Assembly (NCBI GenBank): GCA_021734995.1 | Contig: JAIPHX010000002.1 | Coordinates: forward strand, 16,189-80,188 | DNA: 64,000 nt | Direction: 5' to 3' | DNA from: Minisyncoccota bacterium | GTDB lineage: Bacteria; Patescibacteriota; Minisyncoccia; Phycocordibacterales; UBA9973 | Shown: piece by piece, positions 1 to 11,328 of the stretch | How the letters are laid out: every line of letters begins with the position of its first letter | Position numbering within the stretch: position 1 is the first letter of the stretch | Translations under genes and position numbers: made by a program | Notes under the pieces: generated by a model | Told to the model about the DNA's origin: nothing | Databases searched by the model: none | What the model saw: only the letters and a program-made list of their open reading frames with translations

Positions 1-69
1 TACTTTGGCTCATTAATATTTTTAAATAAAAACAAATTGCTAGCAGACCAACTAGACCAACTATAAATT

Positions 70-666
70 TTACTTATGTTTAAAAAAAGAAAAAACCGCA
101 GGAACAAAAGAAAGGAAAATAATCCCCAAAATAATTGGAAACAAATATTTATCTATATTTGGAATCCATTCCCCCAAAAAATATCCAAGTAAAGTGACTC
201 CCCCTCCCCACACAAGAGCTCCTATTATATTGTATGCACTAAAAGTTTTACGAGGCATATTGCCTACTCCTGCAAGAATGGGTGCAAAAGTGCGAACAAC
301 GGGAATAAATCTAGCTAAAATAATTGTCTTTTTACCATACTGTGCATAAAAATTTTCTGCTTTTTTTATATATTCTTTTTTAAACCAAAACGAATCTTCT
401 TTTTTAAAAATCTTTGGACCAATTTTGTTTCCAAAAGTATAGCCTACCTGATCCCCAATAAAAGCACCCAAAATTGTCAGCGCACAAACCCACCAAATAT
501 TAAAAAATCCTTGCGAAGCAAGTAACCCCACAGTAAAAAGCAAACTATCCCCAGGTAAAAAAAATCCAAAAAACAAACCTGACTCAGCAAATATAATCAG
601 GAACAGACCAATATATCCAGCCGTTTTGGCGAGTTCCATAAGATCAATATGTAATAAAGCTTCCAT
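70..666 (-). CDS. dedA: DedA family membrane protein
   Basis: FAESGLFFGFFLPGDSLLF and ARFIPVVRTFAP motifs. Confidence 0.92.
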   Translation of the reverse strand: MEALLHIDLMELAKTAGYIGLFLIIFAESGLFFGFFLPGDSLLFTVGLLASQGFFNIWWVCALTILGAFIGDQVGYTFGNKIGPKIFKKEDSFWFKKEYIKKAENFYAQYGKKTIILARFIPVVRTFAPILAGVGNMPRKTFSAYNIIGALVWGGGVTLLGYFLGEWIPNIDKYLFPIILGIIFLSFVPAVFSFFKHK

Positions 667-698
667 TTGTATATTATATCATCGCACAAAACACAGAC

Positions 699-1403
699 TT
701 ACTTTTTATAAAAAGGAGCAGATTGAATAGTCTTAATAATCAAATCTTCGTCATCTGTCAGTATTATAAGATCCATATCTTTTGGAGAAATAGTTTTTTC
801 TTCCCCTAGCATTTTTGCTTTAATAAAATCAAAAAGTGGACTCCAGAAATCTACCCCCACAAAAATCATAGGCACAGCAGGTATTTTCCCTGTCTGCATT
901 AAAGTAGTAACTTCAAAAGCTTCGTCTAAAGTACCAAATCCTCCTGGAAAAACAAGAAAAGCGTCAGCGGTAAAGGTCATTGCCACTTTACGAGTAAAAA
1001 AATAATAAAAAGGAATTTCTCTAGTAACAAAAGGATTAGTATGCTGTTCTGATGGGAGCTTAATGGTAAATCCAAAAGAATCTCCTCCTGCATTATGTGC
1101 TCCTTCGTTTGCTCCTTGCATAATACCAGGACCTCCTCCAGTCAATACTGCACACTGTGCTTCTTTTACTATACGGTCAGCAAGTCTTTTTGCTTTTTCA
1201 TAATATGGACTTGAAACATCTGTACGAGCAGAACCAAAAATAGTAACTGCCCTGTCTACATCTTTAATAATATCTAGACCTTGGCGAAATTCTTCTTCCA
1301 TTGCACAGATACGGATTTCATTTTCATCTCCTTCATGAGAATGAATACACCCATCTCTAATTTCTTGAACTGTTAATCTTGGTGATTGATTTGGATTTTG
1401 CAT
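699..1403 (-). CDS. LOG family (TIGR00730-type) nucleotide phosphoribohydrolase
   Basis: TGGGPGIM, FFTRK and PGGFGTLDE motifs. Confidence 0.9.
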   Translation of the reverse strand: MQNPNQSPRLTVQEIRDGCIHSHEGDENEIRICAMEEEFRQGLDIIKDVDRAVTIFGSARTDVSSPYYEKAKRLADRIVKEAQCAVLTGGGPGIMQGANEGAHNAGGDSFGFTIKLPSEQHTNPFVTREIPFYYFFTRKVAMTFTADAFLVFPGGFGTLDEAFEVTTLMQTGKIPAVPMIFVGVDFWSPLFDFIKAKMLGEEKTISPKDMDLIILTDDEDLIIKTIQSAPFYKK

Positions 1404-1481
1404 AAAGAGATTATATCAAATCCAAAATTAAAATCTACCTACAATAAAATGAATATCTTTCACTGGTTTTACAAAATATAT

Positions 1482-2276
1482 TTACAAAATCATATCAGAA
1501 GAATTAATACTAAACTTTTTTGCAGTATCCCCTCCTTGAGTCACAAACTCTACCAGTCGCATATCATTTATCCCTGAACTACCTGTAATCAAAGCAGACA
1601 CTTGATCAGGCACATCTTTTAATTTTTCAAAGTAAGGAAAATTACCAAACTTTGTAGATATATTTTCTCCTTCTTGTAATTCATTTTTTAATAATGTGGT
1701 CTTACAATTACCAAAATTATCAACATACCACACCACAGAAGGCATATCTGGAAAATCTTTTATATTCATCGCTTCACTTTCTACCACAGTATTTTCTGTG
1801 CCTTTATTTTTCAACAAGTATTCTGCGATTCTCGGTAAAAATTCATAACTTCTAAATTGAGTATGCATAATGTAATTGCCCGTTTCTTTAGAGAGAATCT
1901 TTTCATTTACAAATCTTTCTACCACAGTAGGGATATCTAACACATTTACTTCTTGTATTAAATTTAATTTTTTTACTAAAGATAAAGTATATCCATCAAT
2001 AGAAGATACTACTAAAATATTTTTATACCAAAAATATCCAAAGGGTGTACCATTCGCCCATTTTTTTGCAGTTCCATTTCTAGGCGCAACATTTACCAAA
2101 ATTAAAGCAGGACTATCTTGGTATGCATCCAACACATCAAGGAGATTCCCAGAAGCTTCTATGTCGCTTTGAACTCCAACAAAAGAAATATTCCCCTCTA
2201 TTAAAGAAGAAACTCGAGCGATCTGTCTACCTTTTGCATTATCATCTCTACAATCATTTATTATGGTTATGTTCAT
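1482..2276 (-). CDS. SAM hydroxide adenosyltransferase/chlorinase-like (DUF62) protein
   Basis: VWYVDNFGNCKT motif, TQFRS and the C-terminal GSSG..VE pattern. Confidence 0.65.
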   Translation of the reverse strand: MNITIINDCRDDNAKGRQIARVSSLIEGNISFVGVQSDIEASGNLLDVLDAYQDSPALILVNVAPRNGTAKKWANGTPFGYFWYKNILVVSSIDGYTLSLVKKLNLIQEVNVLDIPTVVERFVNEKILSKETGNYIMHTQFRSYEFLPRIAEYLLKNKGTENTVVESEAMNIKDFPDMPSVVWYVDNFGNCKTTLLKNELQEGENISTKFGNFPYFEKLKDVPDQVSALITGSSGINDMRLVEFVTQGGDTAKKFSINSSDMIL

Positions 2277-2368
2277 AAAAATATAATAACATAAAAAATT
2301 TAACTTAAAAAACTTAAATTAATTTTGCACAGGAAATTATTTTTGCCAAATTGAATTGTTACCCACAC

Positions 2369-2397
2369 TTGACTATACCCCCTAGGGGGTATAGTAT
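2369..2397 (+). promoter_or_regulatory. csoR-copA promoter with CsoR operator
   Basis: TTGACT (2369-2374)-17 nt-TAGTAT overlaps the perfect 24-bp palindrome ACTATACCCCCTAGGGGGTATAGT (2372-2395), a C/G-tract operator typical of CsoR/RcnR. Confidence 0.85.
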
Positions 2398-2403
2398 ATA
2401 AAT

Positions 2404-2667
2404 ATGCATACAAATAAACAAAAACTTACAAGGAGGTTAAAAATCCTTGAGGGTCAAATAAGAGGTATCCAAAAAATGATTGCAGAAGATACTTATTGTA
2501 TCAATATTATTACTCAAACTTCTGCTATCAAACAAGGGTTATCCAACATAGAAGATATTCTTCTGAAGGAGCATCTAGGGCATTGTGTGGTCAATCAAAT
2601 AAAAAGTGGCCAGACAAATAAAGCTACTGAAGAAATTTTAAAAGTTTATCAACTAAAAAGAAAATAA
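2404..2667 (+). CDS. csoR: CsoR/RcnR family metal-sensing repressor
   Basis: [20 protein letters not shown] and HLGHC ligands; upstream of copA. Confidence 0.92.
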   Translation: MHTNKQKLTRRLKILEGQIRGIQKMIAEDTYCINIITQTSAIKQGLSNIEDILLKEHLGHCVVNQIKSGQTNKATEEILKVYQLKRK

Positions 2668-2671
2668 AATA

Positions 2672-4963
2672 ATGCAAACAACAAACTACAAAATAAAAGG
2701 AATGCACTGTGCTTCTTGTGCTTCTATTATAGAAAAAACTATCAAGAAAATAGATGGAGTGAACGATATCTCCGTAAACAATGGGACAGAAAAAGCAAAA
2801 ATATCTTTTAATACAGACAAAATAAATCCTGAAATTTTTAATCAAAAACTAGAACCCCTTGGTTATTCCCTACTTATCCCCACAGCAGAAGAAATGAAAA
2901 TGTCTGAAAGTGAACATTCTGAACATTTAGGAATAAATCAATCCAAAAAAGAAAAACTAGCTGAAGTAAATGACATGCGTTCAAAAGTTTTGACTGCAAT
3001 CCCTATTGCCATAATAAGTATTTTTATAATGACTTGGGACATCCTAGCTCAATATAAAATATCCCCAGAAATGAGCTATGTAGTAAAAGAGTTTTTCCAT
3101 CACTTGCTTCCCATATTTGCTACCTATGTTTTGTTTGTTATTGGTAAGCCATATTTACTTGGTTTTTATCGCTTCCTTCGATATGGAAAAGCAAATATGG
3201 ATACTTTGATTGGTATTGGAACATCTGCTGCCTTTTTATATAGCTTTGCAGTATCGGCATTTGAAGAAACCCTTAGACCTTTTATTGATGTCAATCATAC
3301 ATACTATGATGTGACCATTGTCGTCATTACATTTATCGCTCTTGGAAAATATTTAGAAGCTAAATCAAAAATAAAAACAGGAGATGCTATAGAAAAGTTA
3401 CTAAATCTCCAAGCTAAGACTGCTCTGGTCCTTCGTGACGGAAATGAAATTGAAATTTCTATCAATGATGTTGTTCATGGAGATTCCATTTTAGTAAAAC
3501 CTGGATCAAAAATCCCTGTAGATGGTGTCATTACTGATGGTGTATCTTTTGTTGATGAATCAATGGTTACAGGAGAACCAATGCCTGTACAAAAGAAAAT
3601 CGGAGATACTGTAGTAGCAGGAACAATAAACACAAACGGTTCTTTTACTTTTAAAGCGACAAAAATCGGATCCGAAACACTTCTTTCTCAAATTATAAAA
3701 ATGGTAGAGGAGGCTCAAGGAAGTAAAGCTCCTATCCAAGCATTGGCTGATAAAATTTCAAGTATCTTCGTCCCAATTGTGCTTGCTCTATCTTTTGTAA
3801 CTCTTGCGGTGTGGCTTTTTTTTGGTACTGGACCACTGGGATTTTCACAAGCTCTTTCCTTTGGATTGGTTTCTTTTGTAGGAATCTTGGTTATCGCCTG
3901 CCCATGTGCTCTTGGCCTAGCTACTCCGACAGCAATTATTGTTGGGGTTGGGAAAGGAGCAAAAGAAGGAATTTTAATCAAAGATGCTGCTACTTTAGAA
4001 AAACTTCATAAAGCTGATACTGTGATAGTAGATAAGACAGGTACAATTACAATTGGGAAACCAACTCTTGTTGATATCAAAAACCTTTCCAGTATAGAAG
4101 ATGTTCATTTGATAAGCATACTTACAACATTAGAAAAAAAATCAGAACATCCTATAGCTCATGCTATCGTAGCGTATGCAGAAGAAAAAAACATTAAAAC
4201 ATCTGAAGTTACAAATTTTGAAAACATTCAAGGAAAAGGATTGAAAGGAACAATAGATAACACAGAATACTTTGTAGGTAATACAAAACTTATACAAGAT
4301 TTAAATTTATCTTTTGATCACCAACTAATCGAAAAATTTACGGAAGAAGGAAAAACTCCTGTCATTCTTGCTACTAAAGAAAAAGTGCTTGGTTTTGTAA
4401 TGGTGGCTGATGAAATAAAAAAAGAATCTATTCAAGCAGTTACTGACCTGCACAATCTTGGGATTAAAGTTATAATGCTTACAGGAGATAATGAAAAAAC
4501 TGCAAAATACATAGCCTCTCTTGTAGGGATTGATGAAGTGGTGGCTCATGTACTTCCAGAAGACAAGCTCACTAAAATAAAAGAGTTACAATCGGCAGGA
4601 CATATCGTAGCCATGGCAGGAGACGGAGTAAACGATGCTCCTGCATTGGCTCAAGCAGATGTAGGAATCGCAATGGGAACAGGAACAGACGTAGCAATAG
4701 AATCAGCAGGGATAACTCTTCTCCATGGAGATATTTCCAAACTTGTAAAGTCAATTAAATTATCAAAAATGACAATGCGAGGTATCAAACAAAATTTATT
4801 TTGGGCATTTATTTACAATGTTGTAGGAATACCTCTAGCTGCGGGAGTTTTCTATCCAATGTTTGGGTGGCTCTTAAATCCAGTATTTGCAGGTATGGCT
4901 ATGGCTCTATCAAGTGTCTCAGTCGTATCAAATTCATTAAGAATTAAAAGTAAAAAATTATAA
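2672..4963 (+). CDS. copA: Copper-translocating P1B-type ATPase
   Basis: GMHCASC HMA domain, CPC, DKTGT, SEHP, GDGVND, YN and MALSS motifs. Confidence 0.95.
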   Translation: MQTTNYKIKGMHCASCASIIEKTIKKIDGVNDISVNNGTEKAKISFNTDKINPEIFNQKLEPLGYSLLIPTAEEMKMSESEHSEHLGINQSKKEKLAEVNDMRSKVLTAIPIAIISIFIMTWDILAQYKISPEMSYVVKEFFHHLLPIFATYVLFVIGKPYLLGFYRFLRYGKANMDTLIGIGTSAAFLYSFAVSAFEETLRPFIDVNHTYYDVTIVVITFIALGKYLEAKSKIKTGDAIEKLLNLQAKTALVLRDGNEIEISINDVVHGDSILVKPGSKIPVDGVITDGVSFVDESMVTGEPMPVQKKIGDTVVAGTINTNGSFTFKATKIGSETLLSQIIKMVEEAQGSKAPIQALADKISSIFVPIVLALSFVTLAVWLFFGTGPLGFSQALSFGLVSFVGILVIACPCALGLATPTAIIVGVGKGAKEGILIKDAATLEKLHKADTVIVDKTGTITIGKPTLVDIKNLSSIEDVHLISILTTLEKKSEHPIAHAIVAYAEEKNIKTSEVTNFENIQGKGLKGTIDNTEYFVGNTKLIQDLNLSFDHQLIEKFTEEGKTPVILATKEKVLGFVMVADEIKKESIQAVTDLHNLGIKVIMLTGDNEKTAKYIASLVGIDEVVAHVLPEDKLTKIKELQSAGHIVAMAGDGVNDAPALAQADVGIAMGTGTDVAIESAGITLLHGDISKLVKSIKLSKMTMRGIKQNLFWAFIYNVVGIPLAAGVFYPMFGWLLNPVFAGMAMALSSVSVVSNSLRIKSKKL

Positions 4964-4965
4964 TT

Positions 4966-5985
4966 ATGAAAAAATATACATTTCATGTTTCTGGTACTCA
5001 TTGTGCTTCGTGTAAGATATTGATAGAAGATACTTTAAATGAAGAGGACTTTATTCATACAGCGACGGTAAATTTAAATAATAAAATAGTAGAAGTTGAG
5101 ATTTTAAATGAGCAAAGTCCTGAAGAAGTTCTCATAATTCTTGCAGAAAAGATTAAAGTAAATGGATATACTCTATCACTAGAGAAAGAACTAAGGGAAA
5201 CTAAAAAAGATGACACTATTTGGAAAGCTATCCCAATCGGTTTAATTTTTCTTCTTCTATTTTTCCTATTACAAAAATCAGGTCTCCTCAACCTTGGGAT
5301 AGGTGGTAAGACCACTCCCCTTACAAGCTTTATCATAGGGTTGATTGCTTCTGTATCAAGCTGTCTAGCTGTAGTGGGTGGATTGGTTTTATCACTCTCA
5401 GCAAAAATATCTGAAGACAAGGTAAACGACAAAAAAACTTTTATTCTTTTCCATATCGGTAGATTGGTCAGCTTTGCTTTGTTGGGTGGAGTTTTGGGAA
5501 TGATAGGTAGTGCTATTGGAATAAGTTTTACCTTTGGATCAATACTAGGAATCATCGCTTCTTTAGTAATGCTAATACTTGGTCTAAATTTAATAGGAAT
5601 ATTTGAAAAAAATAAAATAACATTACCTTCAGGGTTTTTTCAAAAAGTTTTTACCTTCTTTAAAAAAATTGAACACAAGACAATCTCCCCTTTGATTGTA
5701 GGATTTGCAACTTTCTTTTTGCCTTGTGGTTTTACTCAAGCTATGCAAATATCAGCAATCGGAAGTGGCTCGTTTACTTCTGGATTTTTAATCATGTTTG
5801 CTTTTGCTCTTGGAACACTACCAGTCCTTGCTATTTTGTCTTTTGGTTCAGCTTCTTTTGCCCACAGCAAACACGCCCCACTCTTTTTTAAATCTGCAGG
5901 AATTGTAGTTATAGGACTTGGTGTATTCACTTTGCTTGCAGGATTGGTCGGACTTGGTATTATAAATCCATTATTTAATATTTAA
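4966..5985 (+). CDS. HMA domain + DsbD_2/TauE-like membrane protein
   Basis: THCASC, SSCLAVVGG, FFLPCGFTQ. Confidence 0.85.
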   Translation: MKKYTFHVSGTHCASCKILIEDTLNEEDFIHTATVNLNNKIVEVEILNEQSPEEVLIILAEKIKVNGYTLSLEKELRETKKDDTIWKAIPIGLIFLLLFFLLQKSGLLNLGIGGKTTPLTSFIIGLIASVSSCLAVVGGLVLSLSAKISEDKVNDKKTFILFHIGRLVSFALLGGVLGMIGSAIGISFTFGSILGIIASLVMLILGLNLIGIFEKNKITLPSGFFQKVFTFFKKIEHKTISPLIVGFATFFLPCGFTQAMQISAIGSGSFTSGFLIMFAFALGTLPVLAILSFGSASFAHSKHAPLFFKSAGIVVIGLGVFTLLAGLVGLGIINPLFNI

Positions 5986-5989
5986 TTTT

Positions 5990-6379
5990 ATGAACAAAAA
6001 AGTTTCAATAATTATCACCCTAAGTCTTATCATCGCTATTGGTATTATATTTATTAGTAGTGGTAACACAACAGACAATACTGCCTCTGTTCAAAATACA
6101 GAAATAAAAGATGGTGTCCAATATATAACTATTGACGCACAAGGTGGATACTCCCCCCAAAAAAGTAAAGCTCAAGCTGGCATCCCGACAAAATTAATTG
6201 TAAAAACAAACGGTACTTATGACTGTTCGTTATCTTTAGTTATAAGATCAATCAACTATCAAAAAATTCTTCCACCGACAGGAGAAGAGATAATTGATAT
6301 TGGTATTCCTACAGCAGGAGTTCCATTTAGAGGAGTATGCGGTATGGGAATGTATAATTTTGAAATAGAGTTTAGTTAA
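5990..6379 (+). CDS. Cupredoxin domain protein
   Basis: N-terminal TM segment, GGYSP, C-terminal CGMGMY. Confidence 0.85.
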   Translation: MNKKVSIIITLSLIIAIGIIFISSGNTTDNTASVQNTEIKDGVQYITIDAQGGYSPQKSKAQAGIPTKLIVKTNGTYDCSLSLVIRSINYQKILPPTGEEIIDIGIPTAGVPFRGVCGMGMYNFEIEFS

Positions 6380-6574
6380 TTCACTTTTTACTCCAACAAA
6401 AGAAACACTTCCTTCTGCACGGAAACCGACTCCAACTACTTCAAAGTGTGCTGATTTGCAGGTACATTTTGTATAAGTCCACGCATTTTTGCACTCCTTG
6501 AGTAAATTAATCCAAACAATAATCCTATTCTACATATTCTAGAAAACATACATTAGAAATGCTAAAATAAATAT

Positions 6575-7150
6575 ATGAAAAGAGTAATTATTGTACATCG
6601 ATGGGAGGGAGGATCGCATGATGACTGGTATCCGTGGTTGAAATCAGAATTTGAAAAACTTGGATATGAAGTACAGGTCCCAAATATGCCAGACACTGAA
6701 GTTCCTATTATTAAAAAATGGGTTGATACCCTTACCGAGATAGTCGGAACTCCAGATATAAACACCTATTTCATAGGACACTCAATTGGCTGTCAGGCAA
6801 TTCTTAGATATTTGGAAACTATTAATACTCCAGTCGGAGGTGCTATCTTTGTAGCAGGTTGGTTTAATCTTGAAAATATAGAAGATGAGGAAGCACAAGA
6901 AATCGCACGACCATGGATTGAAATACCAATCAATCTTGTTAAAGTAAAATCTATCCTACCAAAGGCAACACTTATCATTTCAGAAAATGATCCTTATGGC
7001 TGTCTAGAAGAGAACCAACAAAAATTTTCAAAAGTGACTACAAACGAAATAGTGATCTCTAATGCAGGACATTTTACTAGTGAAGATGGTTATATAGAAA
7101 TTCCAGAAGTAATAGATGAACTTGTAAGATTTATGGCTAACCTACCCTAA
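6575..7150 (+). CDS. RBBP9/YdeN alpha/beta hydrolase
   Basis: WYPWL, GHSIG, ENDPY, AGHF. Confidence 0.9.
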   Translation: MKRVIIVHRWEGGSHDDWYPWLKSEFEKLGYEVQVPNMPDTEVPIIKKWVDTLTEIVGTPDINTYFIGHSIGCQAILRYLETINTPVGGAIFVAGWFNLENIEDEEAQEIARPWIEIPINLVKVKSILPKATLIISENDPYGCLEENQQKFSKVTTNEIVISNAGHFTSEDGYIEIPEVIDELVRFMANLP

Positions 7151-7195
7151 TTATTGAGAGCAGTTGAACATTAAAATTCAAAGAAATAAAAAATT

Positions 7196-7723
7196 ATGCG
7201 TAAATTTCTTTATAAACAAAACAATATATTTTGGCTTCCAAAAACAATAAAAGCTGAAGTTGAGACATATTTATCCGATGAGTTACCGACCCTCAAACTA
7301 TGCCCATCGTCTTATGCTCTTGTTTTCAAAAATGGAGCATTGTTACAGACAGATCTCCGTAAAGGTGAGCGTGCCATAAGATCTTTAGATATACCAGGCG
7401 GACACATTGAAAAAGACGAGACTCCTGAACAATCTGCTATCCGAGAAACATTTGAAGAAACAGGTGTTCGTGTAAAGAATCCAAAACTTGTTGCATATAA
7501 AAAAATCACTATATATGGTTCAAAACCTAAAGAATATAAGTATCCATACCCTATCAGCTATATGTTATTTTATCTTTGTGAACTAATAGAGGAAACAAAC
7601 TTTAAAGGAAATCATGACACCTATGGTCGTGTTTGGCTTGAGAGTGGACAATATGAAAAGTCCAAATGGTATTGTGGTGACAAAATCATGGTTGATAAAA
7701 TCATAAAGGAATATAAAATCTAA
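7196..7723 (+). CDS. NUDIX hydrolase
   Basis: Nudix box GGHIEKDETPEQSAIRETFEETG. Confidence 0.9.
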   Translation: MRKFLYKQNNIFWLPKTIKAEVETYLSDELPTLKLCPSSYALVFKNGALLQTDLRKGERAIRSLDIPGGHIEKDETPEQSAIRETFEETGVRVKNPKLVAYKKITIYGSKPKEYKYPYPISYMLFYLCELIEETNFKGNHDTYGRVWLESGQYEKSKWYCGDKIMVDKIIKEYKI

Positions 7724-7779
7724 TTTTTAATATTTTCAATTAAAATATTAAATCCTTCGTTTGTTGTATAAAAATATAG

Positions 7780-8526
7780 CTACTTTATCTGATAAATGAA
7801 TCCATTCCTACTCCAAAACCAAAGTGGTGAGTGCATATCTATCGGATTAATATCACTGTCTTCTAAAATATCCCTCCATCGTTTCGATATTTCTTCTTTA
7901 GAGATAATTTTTGCTTCTTGCTCAGTGACAATCCCTAGCTTTACAGAGCATTGAGTTATGTGAGTGTCAGGCGCGATCTCAATAAATTGTCGATTAGATA
8001 ATTTGACTCCTCCATAAGTACTCATAATAAATGACCAGTAATTAAAAATTTTTGGCCCCGACAAATATGGAAATCCTTTCTTGTATTTTACATTAATAAT
8101 TTCTTTTAGAATAAGGAAGTCTCCACTGATAAAATCAAAGAATTTTGTAAATGATCCCCAATGATCATTTACGGTTTTGGCGATTACTATCCATGTCCTG
8201 ATATGTTTATTTGGCTGAAGTGCTAATTTATATTTTAGCAAAGCAGTACGCACTTCTAATTCTGATTTTTCGACAACTTTATCAACTTCAAATACGAATT
8301 TTGTTTTTGGGTCATTAAAAGTTTTTAGTGCAGCCTTCCAAAGATTATAACTATCGCGCTGATAATTAAGTGCCATAGGAAGTGTAAAATATGCAATGCG
8401 AAGTTCTGGAGTCATTTTTTCTAATCCTGGATTAGAATCTTCTGGCATTATTGTTTGTCCAAGAAAACCGTTTTTATATGCCTCAAGCAATTGAGAGCAA
8501 GTTTGTATAAAATGTGTTTTATCCAT
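7780..8526 (-). CDS. Hypothetical protein, HhH-GPD DNA glycosylase-like
   Basis: PYLSGPKI (HhH-like) followed by PDTHITQCSVKLG, resembling the EndoIII VDTHVxR..RLG motif. Confidence 0.5.
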   Translation of the reverse strand: MDKTHFIQTCSQLLEAYKNGFLGQTIMPEDSNPGLEKMTPELRIAYFTLPMALNYQRDSYNLWKAALKTFNDPKTKFVFEVDKVVEKSELEVRTALLKYKLALQPNKHIRTWIVIAKTVNDHWGSFTKFFDFISGDFLILKEIINVKYKKGFPYLSGPKIFNYWSFIMSTYGGVKLSNRQFIEIAPDTHITQCSVKLGIVTEQEAKIISKEEISKRWRDILEDSDINPIDMHSPLWFWSRNGFIYQIK

Positions 8527-8591
8527 AATGTAAAATCCTTTAGAGTCTTTCCTATTTTATCATTTTTTAAGAAAATTAATCGACGCATCTC

Positions 8592-8876
8592 GTGCGCTTA
8601 AGTTACTGCATTATTTGTGTAATCGTCCAGAACAACAAGATAAATCTGAATGAGATCGAGGTCAAAGAAAGAATAAAAACTGAAGTTGAACGGTTCTCTA
8701 AACTGCAAAAATTTCTCCTTGGAACTAAAGAGAAAATTAATATTCCAAGCATCGATATTCGAGGGTATTCGAAGTACGTTTTGAAAGAGGGATCAAACCT
8801 TAAAAAGCGATAAATGCTCGGTTGTTTGAAGAGTAAGATCCTGCTCAGCCAGAAGAAGATTAGTCTAGAGAAATAA
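8592..8876 (+). pseudogene. Remnant of a large serine recombinase C-terminus
   Basis: IDIRGYSKYVLKEGS..KR*MLGCLKSKILL continues in frame past a TAA; resembles tails of CPR recombinase-family proteins (from memory); no catalytic domain. Confidence 0.45.
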
Positions 8877-8903
8877 ACCTGAAAATGTTAAAATGGGTTT
8901 GTT

Positions 8904-9227
8904 ATGAACTCAACTCATGTAAAAATCGTGGTATTCGTCCCAGAAACCCATACAGACATAGTTCGCGAAGCTATGGGTAAGGCTGGTGCAGGAAAGATTG
9001 GCAATTATAACTACTGCTCTTTCTCTTCAAAAGGTATTGGTCGTTTTAAACCTGAAGATGGAGCAAATCCCCACATTGGTGAAGTTGGAAAATTTGAAGA
9101 GGTTGTTGAGGAAAGAATAGAGACTGTCTGTCCAAGAGAAAAACTTCAGGAAGTTATATCTGCTATTAAGGATGTTCACCCTTATGATGAGGTCGCCTTA
9201 GATGTATATCTACTAGAAACTATATGA
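8904..9227 (+). CDS. YqfO/NIF3 PII-like domain protein
   Basis: AGAGKIGNYNYCSF..G.GRF.P..GANPHIG and HPYDE. Confidence 0.85.
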   Translation: MNSTHVKIVVFVPETHTDIVREAMGKAGAGKIGNYNYCSFSSKGIGRFKPEDGANPHIGEVGKFEEVVEERIETVCPREKLQEVISAIKDVHPYDEVALDVYLLETI

Positions 9228-9817
9228 TTGAAATTAAAGCACTATTTGGAATACTCTCATCATTCTTTGTTCTCATTGGAGGAATTCCATATCTAAAAGA
9301 TATTCATCAAGGAAAAGCACATCCACACGTGTTAAGTTGGCTTGGCTGGGCATTTATTACCGCACTTGGAGCAAGCGCAATGCTTGCCGAGGGAAGCACT
9401 TGGGCTGTAGCAATTTTGTTTGCAAACACTCTTTTGTGTTTGTTGATTGCTGGATACTCAATAGTTCGAAAAGTAGGTGTTTGGTCTACGGGTATATACG
9501 ATTTTATATTCTTCGGGTTTGGAATTATTGGTCTTGTTCTTTGGCAAGTTCTCAATATGCCAGTTATTGCACTTGTATGTGCAATCATGGCAGATCTTTC
9601 ATTTGGACTACCAACGATTATCAAAACTTATAAAGACCCTTCAACGGAGACTCCTTTTGTCTGGGCAACAGCAACAATATCAGGCTTGTTAAGCTTGTTT
9701 GCTGTTCAAAGCTTTGCCTTTCACGAAGTATCGTATCCTCTCTATCTTTTCATATATGACACTCTAGTATTACTACTTGTATTGAAAATAATTTACCGTC
9801 CAAAGAGCAATATCTAA
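9224..9817 (+). CDS. Multi-pass membrane protein (PQ-loop-like repeat)
   Basis: Hydrophobic helices, PYLKDI..G...P and PTIIKTYKDP. Confidence 0.65.
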   Translation: MIEIKALFGILSSFFVLIGGIPYLKDIHQGKAHPHVLSWLGWAFITALGASAMLAEGSTWAVAILFANTLLCLLIAGYSIVRKVGVWSTGIYDFIFFGFGIIGLVLWQVLNMPVIALVCAIMADLSFGLPTIIKTYKDPSTETPFVWATATISGLLSLFAVQSFAFHEVSYPLYLFIYDTLVLLLVLKIIYRPKSNI

Positions 9818-9844
9818 TTCCTACTGTGATACTCATAAGTAATT

Positions 9845-9878
9845 AAACAAAAAAGCACCTCTCGGTGCTTTTTTGTTT
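9845..9878. terminator. Bidirectional intrinsic terminator
   Basis: AAACAAAAAAGCACC-TCTC-GGTGCTTTTTTGTTT. Confidence 0.85.
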
Positions 9879-10014
9879 GGTTTATTATTGAGCCCTTAGC
9901 ATAGGTCCAATACTAAAACATGTTGGCGCCGTCGCGCCTCCGGCTTTCTCATCTCCTATTCTCACGCAATGATGCTCCACTCGGACTGCATTTAGCAGTC
10001 CTCGCGGATCATTG

Positions 10015-10101
10015 CGGAGACGCAGGGATTCGAACCCTGGAAGGTTTTTAGGCCTTACCTCGTTAGCAGTGAGGCGCTTTCGACCACTCAGCCACGTCTC
10101 C
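10015..10101 (-). tRNA. tRNA-Ser(GCT)
   Basis: GGAGACG/CGTCTCC acceptor stem, CCTCA-CTGCTAA-CGAGG anticodon arm, long variable arm, GGTTCGAATCC. Confidence 0.95.
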
Positions 10102-10151
10102 AAAAAACATTAGAACATTATCACTTTATCATATATTCATTTTTTTTACAC

Positions 10152-11255
10152 CTATTTAAAAATGATTACCACAATCTCAGAATGAGTCCCAATTCTCATT
10201 GGTGGACCCCATGTCCCTACCCCATCAGTCACAAGCAACTGCATTGATTTAAAATATTTCAAACCATAATCATACCCTTTGTAGACATAATTACTAATTA
10301 AAGTTAGAGGAAAAACTTGTGCTCTGTGTGTATGCCCAGACAACTGCAAATCCACTCCCTGACTTTCTGCCTCACTCAAATTCAAAGGAACATGCTTTAT
10401 CAAAATAAAAGGTTTTTCTTTTTGAACATTTTGGAAAAGATCTTTTAATATTTTTCTAAAATTATCAGTCTTCTGAGTAGTTTCATAATCTGCCCCAGCA
10501 ATATACACTCCATCTACTTCTACTACTTCGTTATCCAACATTTTAATGCCTGCTTTTTTTACAGCTTCTTTGTACTCTTGAAATGCTCCATAACTTTCAT
10601 GATTACCAGATACTGCATAATATCCCAAGGGTGGTTTTAGTTGAGTTAGGGGTTCAATCAAAGAAAAAGCTTCTCCTTTTACTCCATCATACAAATCACC
10701 CGAATCAAAAATAATGTCAGGATTTAATTCCAATATTTTTTTCGCAGTTTTTTCAGCAAATTTATTTCCATGAATCTGACCTAAGTGTATATCTGAAACA
10801 AAAACAGCCCTTCTACCTTCCCATGACTCTGGTAAATTAGGCAAAACCACTTCCCTTTCTGTGACCTTTATAACATGAGCATTATAAAATCCATAAGCAC
10901 TTATCAAAATCGCTAAAGCAAACAAAATTTTCCCTATCAATTGGACAGAAATATTTAAAGAAATTAAACTAGCTCCAAAAAGAAAAAGTCCATAAAAAAC
11001 ACTAGCTATGAAAAAATAGAACATTAATCCTGCCCACACTGCTGAAAGCGTGTAAAAAATATTAGTAAACCAATTGTCATAGTTTTTTACTAAAAAAGAT
11101 GCAATGGGGAAAAATAATGACATTAACCCAAAAAATGTCCTCACAAAAGATAAATGGGTAGCATAAAAATCTGGAAAAATCGCAATGAAAGTTTTAAAAA
11201 CCGTAAAATGAACCAAGAAAATAACGGTCAAGGCACTCATGAAAAAATAAATCAT
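10152..11255 (-). CDS. Membrane-anchored metallophosphoesterase (YkuE-like)
   Basis: SDIH, GDLYD, GNHE and SGHTH motifs after TM helices. Confidence 0.9.
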   Translation of the reverse strand: MIYFFMSALTVIFLVHFTVFKTFIAIFPDFYATHLSFVRTFFGLMSLFFPIASFLVKNYDNWFTNIFYTLSAVWAGLMFYFFIASVFYGLFLFGASLISLNISVQLIGKILFALAILISAYGFYNAHVIKVTEREVVLPNLPESWEGRRAVFVSDIHLGQIHGNKFAEKTAKKILELNPDIIFDSGDLYDGVKGEAFSLIEPLTQLKPPLGYYAVSGNHESYGAFQEYKEAVKKAGIKMLDNEVVEVDGVYIAGADYETTQKTDNFRKILKDLFQNVQKEKPFILIKHVPLNLSEAESQGVDLQLSGHTHRAQVFPLTLISNYVYKGYDYGLKYFKSMQLLVTDGVGTWGPPMRIGTHSEIVVIIFK

Positions 11256-11328
11256 TGGTATATACTAGCATTTCTTTTAAAAATATCAAAAAATAATCTT
11301 TTTTTTAAAATGATATAATATAAAACAT

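Noticed and set aside
9885-10103. 72-aa ORF
   Set aside because: Shadow translation of tRNA-Ser and its trailer.
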